63,621 bases of DNA, filler included, from Nemertoderma westbladi (GCA_032718475.1; 3 parts of 3 records of this genome joined end to end with filler, not necessarily neighbours in it); one strand, 5' to 3'; shown: positions 24,386 through 38,763, counted from the whole stretch's first letter. The notes: generated by a model from the sequence alone, not told the origin. Numbers and translations are program-made.

Positions 24386-25775
24386 CATACATGGGTCAGA
24401 CACACTTACAGTCTGTACAGGTTCTCCAGAAATGGAAGGACTCCATTGAGGAGGATCAACGTAACAGTCAAAAATATGTCAAGCAAAACCTCAACACGGT
24501 TGCTACTATTGCATTCCAGGTTCAGAGGCAGTTGGGCACCACTGATCAGGGTTTTGTAGAACTGTCAGTCTGTGATATTGGGCAGTAGAAGTTGGTGATG
24601 GTAGAGGAGCGTGATAAATGTGGAATAAAGGGTGAAAGTTTAGATGGCCGCCTGAAGCGGATCAACTGGTGCAGATGAAATATCATCTCACCTACGATCC
24701 AAGATCTCCTTGGCCAGAGAGGCTATCAAGAGCTTCCGCAAAACTATCACCCTTTGGTCATCCCTAGAGAGACAGGAGAAGGAGGTAAACTCAATGATTG
24801 AGTTTGATGATAAGCTGGCAGATGCCCTGTTTCTTGTGAATGATGAGAAAATCCTTCATTCTACACCTGTACTTACTATTGATTAATTTCACGAGTTGTC
24901 GTTGACTTATCAGTTTGATGCAATCATTTGCGCTTGTCCAGTTGACTTTAGAAATGAATGGCTTCTCCTTGCAATACGATACAGAGTTGAAATAACCCAA
25001 TACGATATTCTTAACTATCTCTGTCTATGATAGGTGGTTCTTGGTTTTATCTCTGTCATGGAATGATAGGTGGTTCTTGGTTTTAAGTAGTTGAGCTAAG
25101 AACTACTAGGAGCTACGCAGAGTTCGTAAAAATTTACCCTTCAAAATAATTACTGAGATGGACCTAATGTAGATTGTCCTAAAGTATAATAATAAATAAT
25201 AGACTGTCAGATACAGTTCTTACTACAATACATCAGGTGAATATCATACTAAAATAACAATCTACAATGTGAAAATGTAGGACGATATCAAAATAATTCC
25301 GGCTAGAGACTGTCTTAAAGCTGTCTCAAATTAGCCAACAAGTTGTGTTAATAACTAACCAACCACATATAAAACTAGGCTCATGGTGAATTACTGCAAG
25401 TTAAATGCCGGCGAATAGCCGCTAGGGTGGCTCTTAAAAATCGAAAATATGATTTATGATATTAGATATACAAACACCATCTTTCCCAAAAAATGTATGA
25501 GTGAAGGCGATGCTATCAGTTTGTGATAATCTAGTTGTAGAAACAGAGATCCATTCCAGTTTGCCCTTACACACTTTAACTGCCATTTGTAAACCTTCTA
25601 ACGAGGGATATTTAAGTTAAGTATGACATCTTTAGTTTTACAATATACTCTTCTCCTTCATTAGCCTTGTTGCGCTCGTCCTGTTTTGTCTTAAAATAAT
25701 TTTCCTAAGCGGAGACTAACAAACGACCTTTAAAACTATGCAAACTCTCGAAACTCGCCAATGGGAATATCTGGG

Positions 25776-25875
25776 NNNNNNNNNNNNNNNNNNNNNNNNN
25801 NNNNNNNNNNNNNNNNNNNTTAATTAATTAANNNNNNNNNNNNNNNNNNNNNNNNNNNNNNNNNNNNNNNNNNNN
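25776..25875. other. Assembly gap with TTAATTAATTAA pad
   Basis: N run containing an artificial all-frame stop linker. Confidence 0.97.
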
Positions 25876-26186
25876 AAAAGACTAATACTACTAGAAGCAG
25901 CATGTTCTAATGAGCTGAGGAGCCGTTGGGCTCCCTCTAGTGATTCTGAGAGTACTCCTAAGTCATCAGCAAAGTCTAGATCAGGATTTCCTCGACTTCT
26001 GGAGCCAGTACAGCAGTAGGTGGAGTTATCGTCACCCCATCATCATTATGATGATCTAAGGACATGCGTAAAACATAGTCAACATCAACAACAATTACGA
26101 ACAAGAATGGTGCAAGTGTGTCTCCCTGGAAGACGCCCCATAACACTTCAAATGGTTCTGTGTCACCGTCAACAGTAGACACAATC
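25876..26186 (-). mobile_element. RTE-like LINE RT fragment
   Basis: STVDGDTEPFEVLWGVFQGDTLAPFLF, matching the 32241 ORF. Confidence 0.88.
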
Positions 26187-26187
26187 A

Positions 26188-26990
26188 TGACATTCTCCTA
26201 CATAAATTGAGATGCATTGGCCTTTCCCTAGAAGCATTAGATTGGATTCGCTCATACCTCTCAGAACGATGCCAGTTTGTAATTATCGGTAATTCCAAGT
26301 CAGGTCTCAGATTTCAGAGTCTATTACCAAAACAAGCCAATCCTAAAGTCATCCTTTGTGAAATTCCTTGGTTTCCTTTCCACCTCGATGAAACTCTATC
26401 AGGTGTAAAAGCTGCCTCTGCCATAATAAAGAAGGGAAACGCAACATTCAGACATTACGCTTCCTATACAGAAACTCCCGCTTCCTAAATGGTCCCCTTC
26501 GCCGTCTATTCTGCAATGCCCTCATTCAACCTCATCTGGATGCGGTCATATCGTGCTGGTTCCACAGCATAACCAGCCATTCACGTGCCCAGCTGGAAGC
26601 TTTGCAAAGGAAGTGTGTCTGCTTTTGCTTATTCCTAGACTCCCGAACTCATATCTCCATCGCTCACTTCATCCAAATAAACTGGCTGCCTCTGAACTGT
26701 CGCGCAATACAGGTTATCCAGACTTGGATGTTTAAAATCAAGAACACCTTAGCGCCTGAATATCTTTGTGATCTAATATCCTTTCCCCCATCTCAGAGAA
26801 ATCTCTGGGGAACACCGCGCTCTAATACCACGGAAACTATCGGCTGTGGGGTGTGATTCCCTCTCATACACAGGTCCAGTACTCTGGAATAAGTTGCCAG
26901 CCGCCATCACGAGTTCAGCATCAGTCGAGATTTTTAAACATAATGTAAAGACTCACTTATTCGCTATCAGCGTAACTAATGATCTGGAGC
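26188..26990 (+). mobile_element. CR1/L2-group LINE, decayed 3' part
   Basis: LDWIRSYLSERCQFV, ALIQPHLD, LQRKCV, SYTGPVLWNKLP..FK..VK.HL across frameshifts. Confidence 0.8.
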
Positions 26991-27159
26991 ATTGGACACG
27001 CCCAGGCCGTTTTGCCTTCCTAGACTCGCAGCCTCTCTCTACCCCAGTGTCTCATGATTGACTTCAGAATTACCAGAATCTAGTTTTTGAAATTATTGGG
27101 TCCTACTAATTACCCCAACCTACCCCAACCTACCACAATCTACCCCAATAATTCGATAC

Positions 27160-28145
27160 AGGCATCTACTGTAATTACCACAATAGTATTTTACAATGGC
27201 ATCTAATTACCACAATATACAGAACTCAAGTGTCTATTTACCACAAGACTAACTGCGCATCTAATTACCACAATATACAGAACGCAAGTGTCTAATTACC
27301 ACAATACTATACAGCGTCTAATTACCACAATATACAGAACGCAAGTGTCTAATTACCACAACACTATACTGCGTCTAATTACCACAATATACAGAACGCG
27401 AGTGTCTAATAATTACCACAACACTATACTGCGTCTAATTACCACAATATACAGAATGCAAGTATCTATTTACCACAACACTACACTGCATCTAATTACC
27501 ACAATATACAGAACTCAAGTGTCTATTTACCACACAACTATACTGCGTCTAATTACCACAAGACTATACTGCGTCTAATTACCACAATCTATTTACGAAC
27601 AAGACTACACTGCACACTGCATCTAATTACCACAATATTATTTTACAATGGCATCTAATTACCGCACAATATACAGAACGCAAGTGTCTATTTACCACAA
27701 GACTATACTGCGTCTAATTACCACAACACTATACTGCGTCTAATTACCACAACACTATACTGCGTCTAATTACCACAACACTATACTGCGTCTAATTACC
27801 ACAATCTATTTACCACAAGACTACACTGCATCTAATTACCACAATATTATTTTACAATGGCATCTAATTACCACAATATACAGTATGCAAGTGTCTAATT
27901 ACCACAACACAATATTGCGTCTAATTACCACAATCTATTTACCACAAGACTACACTGCATCTAATTACCACAATATTATTTTACAATGGCATCTAATTAC
28001 CACAATATCTGAATATACAGAATGCAAGAGAGTGTCTAATTACCACAATATACAGTACGGTAGTTATTAATATTCAGTGTCTAATTACCGCAAGACTTCA
28101 CTAACGTCTAATTACCACAATATACAGAACTCAAGTGTCTAATCA
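27160..28145 (+). repeat. Complex modular tandem repeat built on tctaattaccacaa
   Basis: The core recurs about every 27-33 nt with a few alternating linkers. Confidence 0.88.
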
Positions 28146-28724
28146 CGGGTAGGACTAAAAACCCAAACGGACCCAAACGGTACCCAAACGGTGGAATACG
28201 GAGTTATTTCAACAGATGTTATAGTTGCCACAACGGGGAAACAATTATACGATTATACGAAAAATAATTACATTAATGCAGCTTTTTGTGTTTTACATTC
28301 ATGAAGAACACAAAAAACGGTGCCAAGCCCGTATAAATGCAGAGGCTCATCTATCAACCACGCTATTTTCACACGTATATGATATACAATGGAAATCATT
28401 ATGTATAAAGTAGCGCTTTATTTATACGGGGGGGGGGGGGGGGGGGGGGGGACTGAAAGCAATTGGAGAATTGATATCTCGTTTCAATGGTAAAGCATCA
28501 AATTAAGGGAGAGGAGCTAGTTAAACTGCTACGTTATTCTAACCAAAACAATAAACTAATGTCAATCGAACATGGTTAAGGTATTAGTTTTGGAAGTAAT
28601 CAGTTGTTATTTCTGTAAAAATATCTTTTGTATCGAAAGACCCCCCTATTTAAAGTACTGTATACTTAGTTATTTAAATAAAAAGTATTTATTGTTGGGT
28701 GTTGTAGTTAAAGTTGCCGCCCTC

Positions 28725-28875
28725 TGGAAACAATCGCCACTACAGATGTTATAGTTGCCCCAACGGAAGAAACAATCGCCACTACGGAGGATATAGTTGC
28801 CACAACGGAGGAAACAATCGCCACAACGGGGGACACAATCGCCACAACGGGGGACACAATCGCCACAACAGATGT
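28725..28875 (+). repeat. 21-bp tandem repeat within a roughly 220-bp duplicated block (28210-28420 vs 28866-29087)
   Basis: gccacaacggnggaaacaatc units; both blocks share gaacacaaaaaacggtgccaagcccgtataaatgcagagg. Confidence 0.8.
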
Positions 28876-29207
28876 TATACTGTATTTGCTACAACGGGGA
28901 AACAATTATACGATTATATGAAATAATAATTACAGTAATGCAGCTTTTTGTGTTTTACATTCATGAAGAACACAAAAAACGGTGCCAAGCCCGTATAAAT
29001 GCAGAGGCTCATCTATCAACCACGCTACTTTACACGTATATGATATACAATGGACATCATTATGTACAGTATAAAGTAGCGCTTTATCATTTAATTCCTA
29101 ATAAAAATAATCTTAGTTCATATAAATCAATTATTGGGGCACAATTTCAGTATATTACAGTATATCCATAACGAAATCAGTTTATTTCATTTAGTAATAA
29201 GTTCTTA

Positions 29208-29556
29208 GGTAGGTGAGTCTGTCGGTAGGTCAGTTGGTTAGTCTGTCGGTTGGTCAGTCTGTCATTCAATCTGTCGGTCAGTCTGTTGGTCAGTCTGTCG
29301 GTAGGTGAGTTAGTTAGTCTATCGGTCAGTCGGTCGGTTGGTCACTGGTCACTCTGCCCGTCAGTCTCTCGGTCGGTTGGTCAGTTTGTCAGTCAGTGTG
29401 TCGGTCGGTCAGTTTGTTTGTCAGTGGGTCAGTCGGATGGTCAGTCTGTCGGTCGGTTGGTCAGTCTGTCGGTCAGTCGGTTGGTTGGTCAGACTGGGTG
29501 GGTCTGTCAGTGTGTACCATCTTAAGTTAGATAGACGGTCGGTCAGTTCGGCTGAC
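29208..29556 (+). repeat. Degenerate tetranucleotide microsatellite (gtcg/gtca/gttg)
   Basis: Visible 4-nt periodicity. Confidence 0.85.
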
Positions 29557-29566
29557 TGAAAATAAA

Positions 29567-30810
29567 TCATCTTTGTATTATGCGGGTGCGCTCGCTTTTG
29601 GGACGTTTGCGTTGTTGGGGTTTTTTTGCAGTTCCTTTTCTTCTAGGCATCGTGAATATTTTATCTTTTGAAAATATTACTTCGGATTCCCCTTTAGGTT
29701 GACCAGATCCACTACATGGTAGTCGCTTATGGATAAAGTCCATTACCAGCTTATCTTTTTGGGTTTCAGTTTTCTGCAACCAGACGTTGCGAGAAACTCT
29801 AAACTTTTGAAATTTATTGGACAAAACGTAATTACCTGTACCATATAGGGCTCGCCTAAGGTCACTCATTTGTAAATCGCTTACTGAGTGTAAATGTCTT
29901 ATTAGTTCTGGCAATTTCTTTGGATGCCAATCGATAGTGACCTTTAGTTTATTGTTGATGGACTCGCAGTTATTGTTGGTGCACAGTTTTTCGTGGCAGC
30001 CCATTTGGTGTGGAACACAAATATTTTCATACAAGGTATCCCGCACATGGGTATCAAAGTACTTATCGAATACTGGGTACTTTGTTAAAAAGGGCATAAG
30101 CTCGAATAAACGAGTATTGAACGTATGTTCATCACAACTTTTTGCAATACCATTCGGACCGAATATAATACCTACAGTATGATAGCATTGCGTTCGTCCC
30201 CATCGCAGCCAACTTTATTAATTAGGTATCGACTTATATCGTCTTTGAGATGTTTACTACAAATAATGTTAGTTGCAGACGGAAAAGCAACTCTAATTGC
30301 TTTCGTCAAACCCTTTTCCTGATCGCTTCCTATTCTAATTTCCACTGTCCTAGCATCGGTGGTTAGTTTCGTCTTTATATGTGAAAGAAATGGAAAATAT
30401 GTATTAAATTCGCCGTCCCAATGTAGAAGCATGGGTCCCAAAAAAATGGGAATTTCTGAATTTTCTTTGCGCGCTAAAGCTTGATTTTTATACACTAAAG
30501 TAGTAACAAAAACTGGACCTAAATTAAATGTCCGATCTATTCCTATAATACTCGCGCTGTTTCTTTTAAAGTCTTCCAGTTGTTTCTCTGTGTATAGAAT
30601 AACACTGGGTGGCTTATTTTTTTGATGTATTATTTCCTGAACAAAAGGATCGCTATGAATGGATGAGATAACACTTAATACATCATCAGCCAAATTGCTT
30701 GATACCTGTTCGCATTTCTTTTCAACAAGTTTTCTTTTATTGTTGTATTTTTTGTTGCGTATTTGGCGAAAGTCTCTCGGCACCTCCATCGAATTATCAT
30801 GAACCATCAT
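29567..30810 (-). mobile_element. MULE (Mutator-like) DDE transposase, frameshifted and 5'-truncated
   Basis: IGIDRTFNLG (D1), IGSDQEKGL.KAI...FP....CSKH (D2 and CxxH), TNNNCESIN (E); basic C-terminal tail; split into two ORFs. Confidence 0.9.
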
Positions 30811-30918
30811 AGATAGATAAAATTGGTCTACATATTACGCTACAAGCAGCTGCCATAGTCCAGCTGCTTGAAAATGAACCATCTTTCGCACAGTCTGTTA
30901 TTGTCTTTTCATAACTTT

Positions 30919-32016
30919 TTATCTAGCGCGTAGGTTGACCTCGTGTACCATACGACGGACAAGATCCTCTCGATTGTCCGGAGGTTCAACGAGTATACCT
31001 TCGACACGAGCGGCCTCGATTGGCGGACGTTGTAACATAGGAGCGTCAGCGATAAGATCTCTAGACCTTAAGTTGATATCAACCGGTTGGGGATGTACCG
31101 TGGAGAAGAGTTTGTCTCCGAAATGGGGAACCATCGAAGGATGAATGATGGTTTTGGAATAGAGATCAGTCATAAGGATTTGAGCTTCTGGTTGGGCTAA
31201 AGCTGCTTCTTCTCTCTCATCCATTTCGATGTGTTTCTCCTCGAGCTGATTTTCCTCCGCTTGTCGTTGGAAGCGTTCGTCCAAAAACTCTTGCAGAGAG
31301 TAGGTTCGTCCAAGTTCGATATCTTCTTCGAGATTTTGGATTTCCCGATCGAATTGGGGTAAAGCTAATTATTTTACCGCTTGGACTTGTTGTTGCAATT
31401 TACGTTTGTCTAAACAATCGTAGGTTCCTTTTCCGATCTTTTGTCGAATAGCGTCTAACGCGTTTCGTACAACGCTCTCCTCCACATCGGTGACGGGTTG
31501 TATCGGGGTTAAACCGGGACGATTATACGGGTTGAACGGCGATATTAGATGTCCGCATCCCAATCCGGCTAGGTAGGATGGGCGAATATCTAGAGAGCCC
31601 ACAACCGGAGTGCCACCGACTAATTGTTCGGGTAACACTAGATCTTTGAACAATGAGTACAACTCAGGAGGATCCGTCATACTATTAGGATCAAGAGTCT
31701 GAGGTCTCACCAGGGAATGAGGAGGTCTGACCGAGTATTCCGGAACTCTGATCATAGGTTTATTTAAGGATCGTTTGAGTCGAGCGAGCGTAGGTGATAC
31801 GTCGAACAAGTTTCGCTCGAAACTCCCGTAAGTGTAGCGAGTAAAACTGTGTTTAGCGCAACGTCTCCGCGGATGTTTATGTCTTTCCATGTGTTGGTTG
31901 GGTCTAGGGCATTCATCGCAATAATACCACTTAAATACCATCTGTCTGCCACTTAAATGTTGGAGGTGGAGGGGGGGGGGGGGGGGGGGGGGGGTTCCTG
32001 TAGGTAGTAATGTCAT
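30919..32016 (-). pseudogene. Unknown reading frame of about 340 codons with one in-frame stop
   Basis: ORFs 31369-32016 and 30919-31284 share a frame, joined by LALPQFDREIQNLEEDIELGRTYSLQEF; Cys/His cluster at the N-terminus. Confidence 0.45.
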
Positions 32017-32202
32017 TGCATGGACACTAATAGGTGTGGTTTGTACAGTAGGTGTCTCACCAGTAGTTGTTTGTACAATATGTGTTTCGTCTGTTTGTTT
32101 GTATAGTTGGTGTTTCGCCAGTGTAGTTGTTTGTACAGTAGGTGTTTTGTCAGTAATTGTTTGTAAAGTTGGTGTATAGTTGACTCAACTTGTATAACTA
32201 AC

Positions 32203-33698
32203 CGGAGTGTTTAAAGCTCATCTATCCCATCATAGTAGACATGTACCGTAAAACAAGAGTCCCACAAGAAATGAAAACAAATAAGTTGGTGCCAGTTCCC
32301 AAGAAGGGCAACCTAACACTCTATGGTTCTTTTCGGGGAATCTCATTGATCTCGATTGCTGCAAAGCTATACAATAGAATTCTATTAAATCGCGTCAGGG
32401 ATCCCATTGAGAGACTGCTCCGTGGAAATCAGAATGGGTTCCGTAAAGGTCGTGGGACCATGGAGCCCATTTTGGCACTTAGAAGGATAATTGAAGAGTT
32501 ATCAAAAAAGAAATACAGGCATCTGGCTGTTATCTTTGTTGACTTCTTCAAGGCCTTTGATTCAGTCTCTCGCTCACGTATGTTCAGCATACTTCCATTA
32601 TATGGGATTCCTGATGAAATTATTACAGCAATCAGATCAGTATACGATGGTTCGACAACATTTGTGTCTACTGTTGACGGTGACACAGAACCATTTGAAG
32701 TGTTATGGGGCGTCCTCCAGGGAGACACACTTGCACCATTCTTGTTCATAATTATTGTTGTTGACTATGTTCTACGCATGTCCTTAGATCATCATAATGA
32801 TGATGGGGTGATGATAACTCCACCTACTGGCTCCAGAAGTCGAGGAAATCCTGCCAAGTACCTAACTGATCTAGACTTTGCTGATGACTTAGGAGTACTC
32901 TCAGAATCACTAGAGGGAGCCCAACGGCTCCTCAGCTCATTAGAACATGCTGCTTCTAGTGTTGGTCTTTTTATTAACTCCAGAAAGACCAAAATTTTGA
33001 CAGTTAACTTTGAAAGTCCTCAGCAAGTCTCTGATCGGATGAGCATAAGCTCAAAAGATGGTATGCTTGAGCATGTGGATGACTTCTGTTACCTGGGATC
33101 ATGGATCCGGATGTCAGGTGAGGACCTTCGAATACGTAAGGGAAAGGCATGGGCAGCCTTGAATAGGCTTTCCAGGATTTGGAAGTCACCGAGAATTAAT
33201 CGGAAACTTAAGGTCCGATTTATTTAGAGCAGCAGTAGTTCCAGTACTCCTCTATGGGAGTCCAGGCTGGGCTCTAACTGCTGAGGACACCAAATCTCTT
33301 GATGGCACATTCACAAGAATGCTACGCCGGGTTCATTGTGTCAAGTACAATGCACACATCTCCAACCAGACACTATATAACATTGGAGGTGTCTCATTGG
33401 TTCCCCCAAGCTTGACACTAGAACAAAATCGCCTCCGCTTTGCAGGACATTGCTTTCGCCGTGAGGACCAGCCAGTGCATAATCTTGTACTTTGGCAGCC
33501 TCATGGAGTGAATAAGCATGGTGGACAGCCCATGACTTTCTTGAGACGCATCTTAAAGGACACTGGCCTTGAAGATGCGGATGATCTAGCAAATGTCATG
33601 GGTGATAGGGAGTTGTGGCGGTGCAATTTTGTCGATAAGCCGGCACAGCATTCTTAAAAATGCAGCTGCAATGCAGCATGCCGATCCTAGTAGTAGTA
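32203..33698 (+). mobile_element. RTE-like non-LTR retrotransposon, 5'-truncated, RT domain with a frameshift near 33220
   Basis: PKKG..FRGISL, QNGFRKGR, FVDFFKAFDS, GVLQGDTLAPFLF, LDFADD, YLGSW and FAGHCFR motifs; short 3' UTR, (tag)n tail; TSD gtataactaac at 32192-32202 and 33699-33709. Confidence 0.95.
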
Positions 33699-34566
33699 GT
33701 ATAACTAACTTGTATTTATGTATTTATGACACATTGATGACTCATTGCTGGGTCTGCGGTGTTAAGTCAAATGTATACAGAGTACAGCAGGGTGGCAGGC
33801 TGGTAACCAATAACCAAGCCTTGACCTGGTGGCACCTACTACCAGTACAAGTAAACCACATAATGGAGTCTACAGTATGTGATCGGCTTCCCAGAGAGAG
33901 AGATAGACACTTGTTGGTTATGTACAATACAAGGCCGCTGTCCACTGCGTCAAGATACAATGAAGCAAGTTCTATGCAGCTACAGTATGCTTAGATGTAG
34001 TGTCACATACTTTATGATAATATACACCACACAACTCATTATTTACATGTTTGTTTGATTTAAACAAGAATGCAAATTAAAAATATTCAAATGGAGCATT
34101 CACATATTTTTCGTTAATTTTTTTCCGTAATGAAATACTTAGTTACGTCTGAATTTATTATTAATTCATAGTACAATCCATTCTCGGCATCCAATTTCAA
34201 TTACAAACAGCTTATGAATTCTAAATTAGCCAATCACAGGCCTCTGTTACTAAGTTGGATTTAAGATGGAATTCCCTAGCTAGCTAAGTGGAACAACCAA
34301 TCAAACGCCTCTGCCTGGGACGTACCTTAGCCCTCTGCCTAGGACGGACCTCACCTTAGCCTAGGACGCACCTAGGACGCACCTCAGGGCCAACTGTTTT
34401 TGGGCTGAGCTAACCGGCCAGGTGACATCGGCTCCCATTTAATACACCCAGTAAGAAATTTGATATAATCTTTACCGTTACCGTTACCTTTGTTCAGAAG
34501 ATTCAATTCCTAAGGACGGGAGCAACTAAGATCCAAAGATAAAGGAACGGACCGTACCTTTACATG

Positions 34567-35203
34567 AGCTTAATGGGTAGCACTCGTAATGGCAGAACCA
34601 ATTAGCTTATGGGGAGCACTCGTAATGGCAGAACCAACTAGCTTATGGGTAGCACTCGGAATGGCAGAATCAATTAGCTTATATGGATAGTACTCGAAAT
34701 GACAGAACCATTTAGCTTATGGGGAGCACTCGTAATGGCAGAACCAATCAGCTTATATGGGGTGTACTCGTAATGGCAGAACCAATTAGCTTATGGAGAG
34801 CACTCGTAATGGCAGAACCAATTAGCTTATGGGGTGCACTCGTAATGGCAGAACCAATTAGCTTATATGGGGAGCACTCGAAATGGCAGAACAAATTAGA
34901 TGGGGACCACTCGTAATGGTAGAACCATTTAGCTTATGGGGAGCACTCGTAATGGCACGACCAATTAGCTTATATGGGGAGCACACATAATGGCAGGCCA
35001 TTTAGCTTATGGGGAGCACTCGTAATGGCAGAACCAATTAGATTATATGGGGTGTACTCGTAATGGCAGAACCAATTAGCTTATATGGGGTGCACTCGTA
35101 ATGGCAGAACCAATTGGCTTATATGGGGAGCACTCGGAATGGCTGAACCAATTAGCTTATATGGGGAGCACTAGGAATGGATGAACCAATTAGCGTATGG
35201 GGA
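34567..35203 (+). repeat. 36-38 bp tandem repeat, about 17 units
   Basis: Unit ggggagcactcgtaatggcagaaccaattagcttat(at). Confidence 0.92.
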
Positions 35204-35444
35204 TCAATTTATAAAAAAAAATCAGTTTTAAACATTTTAAATACATATTACATATTACTAGCTAGTAAATAATTCACAAGCTCCATAAAAACACCATAGC
35301 TACCATAACTAATAATGTTAACAAAAAAAAGTAAAATTTTTTTATTTTCAAAAAAATACTAGCTAGTAAAAAAACACTAGCTACCATATAATAATATATA
35401 TTAAGGTTCTAGAACATTCACCATTATATATTACCAATTAAATT

Positions 35445-35632
35445 TGGTCCCGGACAATTCGGTCCCATTGATATATATATTTTGGGACCGAATTGTCCTA
35501 GTCAGTATCCGGATAATTCGGTTCCGGACATTTCGGTCCCGGACAATTCAGTCCCAAAACACAAAATTAATGGGACCGAATTGTCCAGGACCGACTTGTC
35601 CGGACCGAATTGTCCGGGACCCAATTGTCCTG
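35445..35632. repeat. Inverted clusters of 15-bp repeats (ggtcccggacaattc / gaattgtccgggacc)
   Basis: Direct and inverted copies form a foldback; resembles a non-autonomous DNA transposon remnant. Confidence 0.65.
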
Positions 35633-38600
35633 CTTCCGGCAGAAACATCGGTATTTTTACGGTATTATAATGTAGGCCTAAGTTATGGAGAGAGTGGGCC
35701 CTATGACGCATATCCCATCTGTCGACTCAACATTACTAATTACCAATGGGATCAACAACGCATCCTTTGTTATCAGTTTACAATTGACGTTGCAACGCAA
35801 TCCGCCAATTAATTGCTAAACTCTGTACTTAACTTTGTGTCGATGTACTTTTACATAGAATCGCTTTAGATTCAACCATTTCATTTTCTCGGGTTAATCC
35901 CGCCATCATTGAAGCGGCTTCGTCACTCTACGGTAATCCAAACTCCAACCCACCACGCTGAGGTTGGCCTACAGTGGTGGAGGGGTACCCTAATCCACGT
36001 TGCTAGGATTGTGTACGATTTGGGTAAATATAAATAGTTAATGAAAGTCTCAGTTTGTCAGTGATTGGATTATTCTGCGGTAGTGTCAACCGAGACATTT
36101 TCGCTGAAGGAAGAGCCGCTCCGAATGATACTGCTTATGTAAGGAGATATATAAAGAAAATATTGGTCAGTTCTTTGAACATTGAAATTAAGAATTGTCA
36201 AAATGTTCAAAAAATTCAAATTTATCAGATTTCAAAATATTATTTTTCGGTAAATTAACTAGTTTATTTTTCAGTTAGGGGGGGGGGGGGGGGCTTTCAT
36301 TGCAGTAAAAATTCATCCCTCTCCAGGGGAAAATCGATACAAATAACTGTTGATTATTACTCTCAAAAATAAAACTGTAACCTGTTCTATTAAATTTGGT
36401 TTATTGTTTAGATTAGAATAACGTGCAACTGCAACTTGATCCTTTCCCTTGATTCATATTTTACCATAATACGAAATATTATTTATGCAGAGATGAGATT
36501 TGCATCAAGTTCCCCCCTACTGTAGTGTCGTATTTTTACAAAATATCTTTCATTAAAACAAGAACCATTATTAAAAATAATTAATCAAAATAATATGAGG
36601 TGATTCCATTGATACAATGTTAGTTGTCATGTTCGCGCTTTTAGACCTTAACAGTTTAACCTGCTAATTTATGTGTCTTATGATGTCTGACAGCCCGTAC
36701 AAAATATGACCACAGTAGAAGCCAGTCTAGCGCGGCGTATGACCCACCGGATGTGGGAGACTGAATTCTATAGGCGAGAGTGGGGTAGGCTACTTTGTAT
36801 TATTCGATTGATCTCTACAATATAATCTCCAAAAACTATGTTTATTTTCAGGGAAAATATCAACAGTTCCTTTAGATGCTGCGCTTTAAATATCAGACAG
36901 AGTTATGACTTACACTAATTACAACGGTTGTTTATAGATCAATGTTTCACTTTCTTTAGGAATGTAGTATTATTCACTCGTATTACCAATTTTATTCATG
37001 AATAATGGGAAATTTAGCTCGCTTACGTTGGGGTTGTGATATAGCATAAAATTCATACAGACCACTGTAAATTGAACCAAGCAATTGTTACTAATGTTCC
37101 CTTCTGCTTACCTCAATAATAAAGAAAGATAGTGGGGATTATTATTGATTATTTGTACGTATTCTCCAAATATAAACATCCATTGAATATGTTACCAAAC
37201 AAATAATGAGTAACAGTATAAAATACGCGGTGCCGGTAGTTAATCAACATTCAGATGTTTTCAGACTGCAGCAAAGATTGCAGAATGCGGCAAGTACCGA
37301 TAGTGAATGTGTAGAGGTGAATGCGGAGATAATTTACTATAATCTGTAGCACTCCAGCCGCTGATGGTCATGGGCAGAAGTCAGAATCTATGATTTTGTC
37401 GCATTGCGGCATATTCATATGTAAACAAGGTTTCAAGAAACCGTAAAGTGAAAATTGTGCTGATTGGACGGGAAAATAACATAGTGGCTACGGGACAAAG
37501 AAAATACTGGCCAATGGCTGGTGATTTCGTCACTATAGCTCTATACCAAAATAAACGCTAAAGGGCGTAAGTTTTAAGTTCTCAAATCCCTTAAGATACT
37601 GCCAGTTTTAGAGTTGCTCGCGTATTGCACAAAAACGACACATTTTTGCCGCAAAAGCTTTAAAATGTCACATTAATTTTGATTTAGGAATTCGTAACGT
37701 ACTATTATTTTACACGTCATTTTCATTGGATTAAATAATTAATTAATAAAACTTCAAATAAATATCAAATTTAAATATTATATTATATTCTGCAATTTCA
37801 TTATTCACTTCGAAAACTCGAGTAGATTTACAATTGTACGGCAGTTGTACGATATACGCCGCCCTAAGAAGGCTTGCATAACATTAGCGGCTCTCCCCAA
37901 ATTTGATAGCCAAGTACTTCATTAAAAAACTAGAGACATTGAGTGACATTCTAAACCTTGTCTAGAATTTAAACCTTTGACAACTCTATATCACCTAGAT
38001 GGAGCACGAATATTGACAAACGTCTGTCATGTCTGGGCCCTAGACAAATCACCATGTCTGTCTGGAGTAACAGGCGCACCCCATATGAAACAGGTCTATA
38101 AATAATTGTTGCGATAATCCACATGTTTATTTATGTGAATATTACTGAATTTTTTAAACTACAGCATTTAAAATAAGTTAGCTAAGACAACAAATTAATA
38201 AAATATCAAATAATTTATAGTCCAAACAAATATATGTAAGAGTCAATAAAAGTGTATATTGACTTGAATTACTTAAGAAACTTAATAGACTAGGGTTACA
38301 GAGGCCTACAATTTGGGCGGCAAGGAGAGAGCGATTACAGCGCTATGGATGTGCGTTCTAAATGCGACGCAAAACTTTGAATCCCATTTGAATTTCTGAT
38401 TTGAATTTCCATCTGTTTAAATAACTCCCTTACTCTAGAAAAGTCAGGTGGCGGGAAATTAATGTGTATGCCTATATATTACAAAGCCTGTAGTGAAATC
38501 ATAATATTAATTCGTTTCAAAATTACTGGAAAAAAACCTCATCGTTGTAAACACAATGTGAATCTGGGAACGGCGCATAAAAGTGTTGGTAAATGTTATG

Positions 38601-38654
38601 TATTTATGTCAGGTAGGGGGGGGGGGGGGGGGGGGGGAACTGGACGCAATAAAA

Positions 38655-38715
38655 TTATACATTATATTACATTATATTACATTATATTACATTATATTAC
38701 ATTACATTATATTAT
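38655..38715 (+). repeat. (attac/attat)n microsatellite preceded by poly-G
   Basis: Directly visible. Confidence 0.85.
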
Positions 38716-38763
38716 TTTAAAGTAAATGATTTCGTGGCTATTTTTCACTTCATTTGTTAACGA

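Noticed and set aside
25820-25831. TTAATTAATTAA palindrome inside N runs (also at 50260)
   Set aside because: Artificial scaffolding linker.
34567-35203. CRISPR-like periodicity (also at 27160-28145)
   Set aside because: Units are contiguous or use recurring linkers rather than unique spacers; there are no cas genes and the context is eukaryotic.
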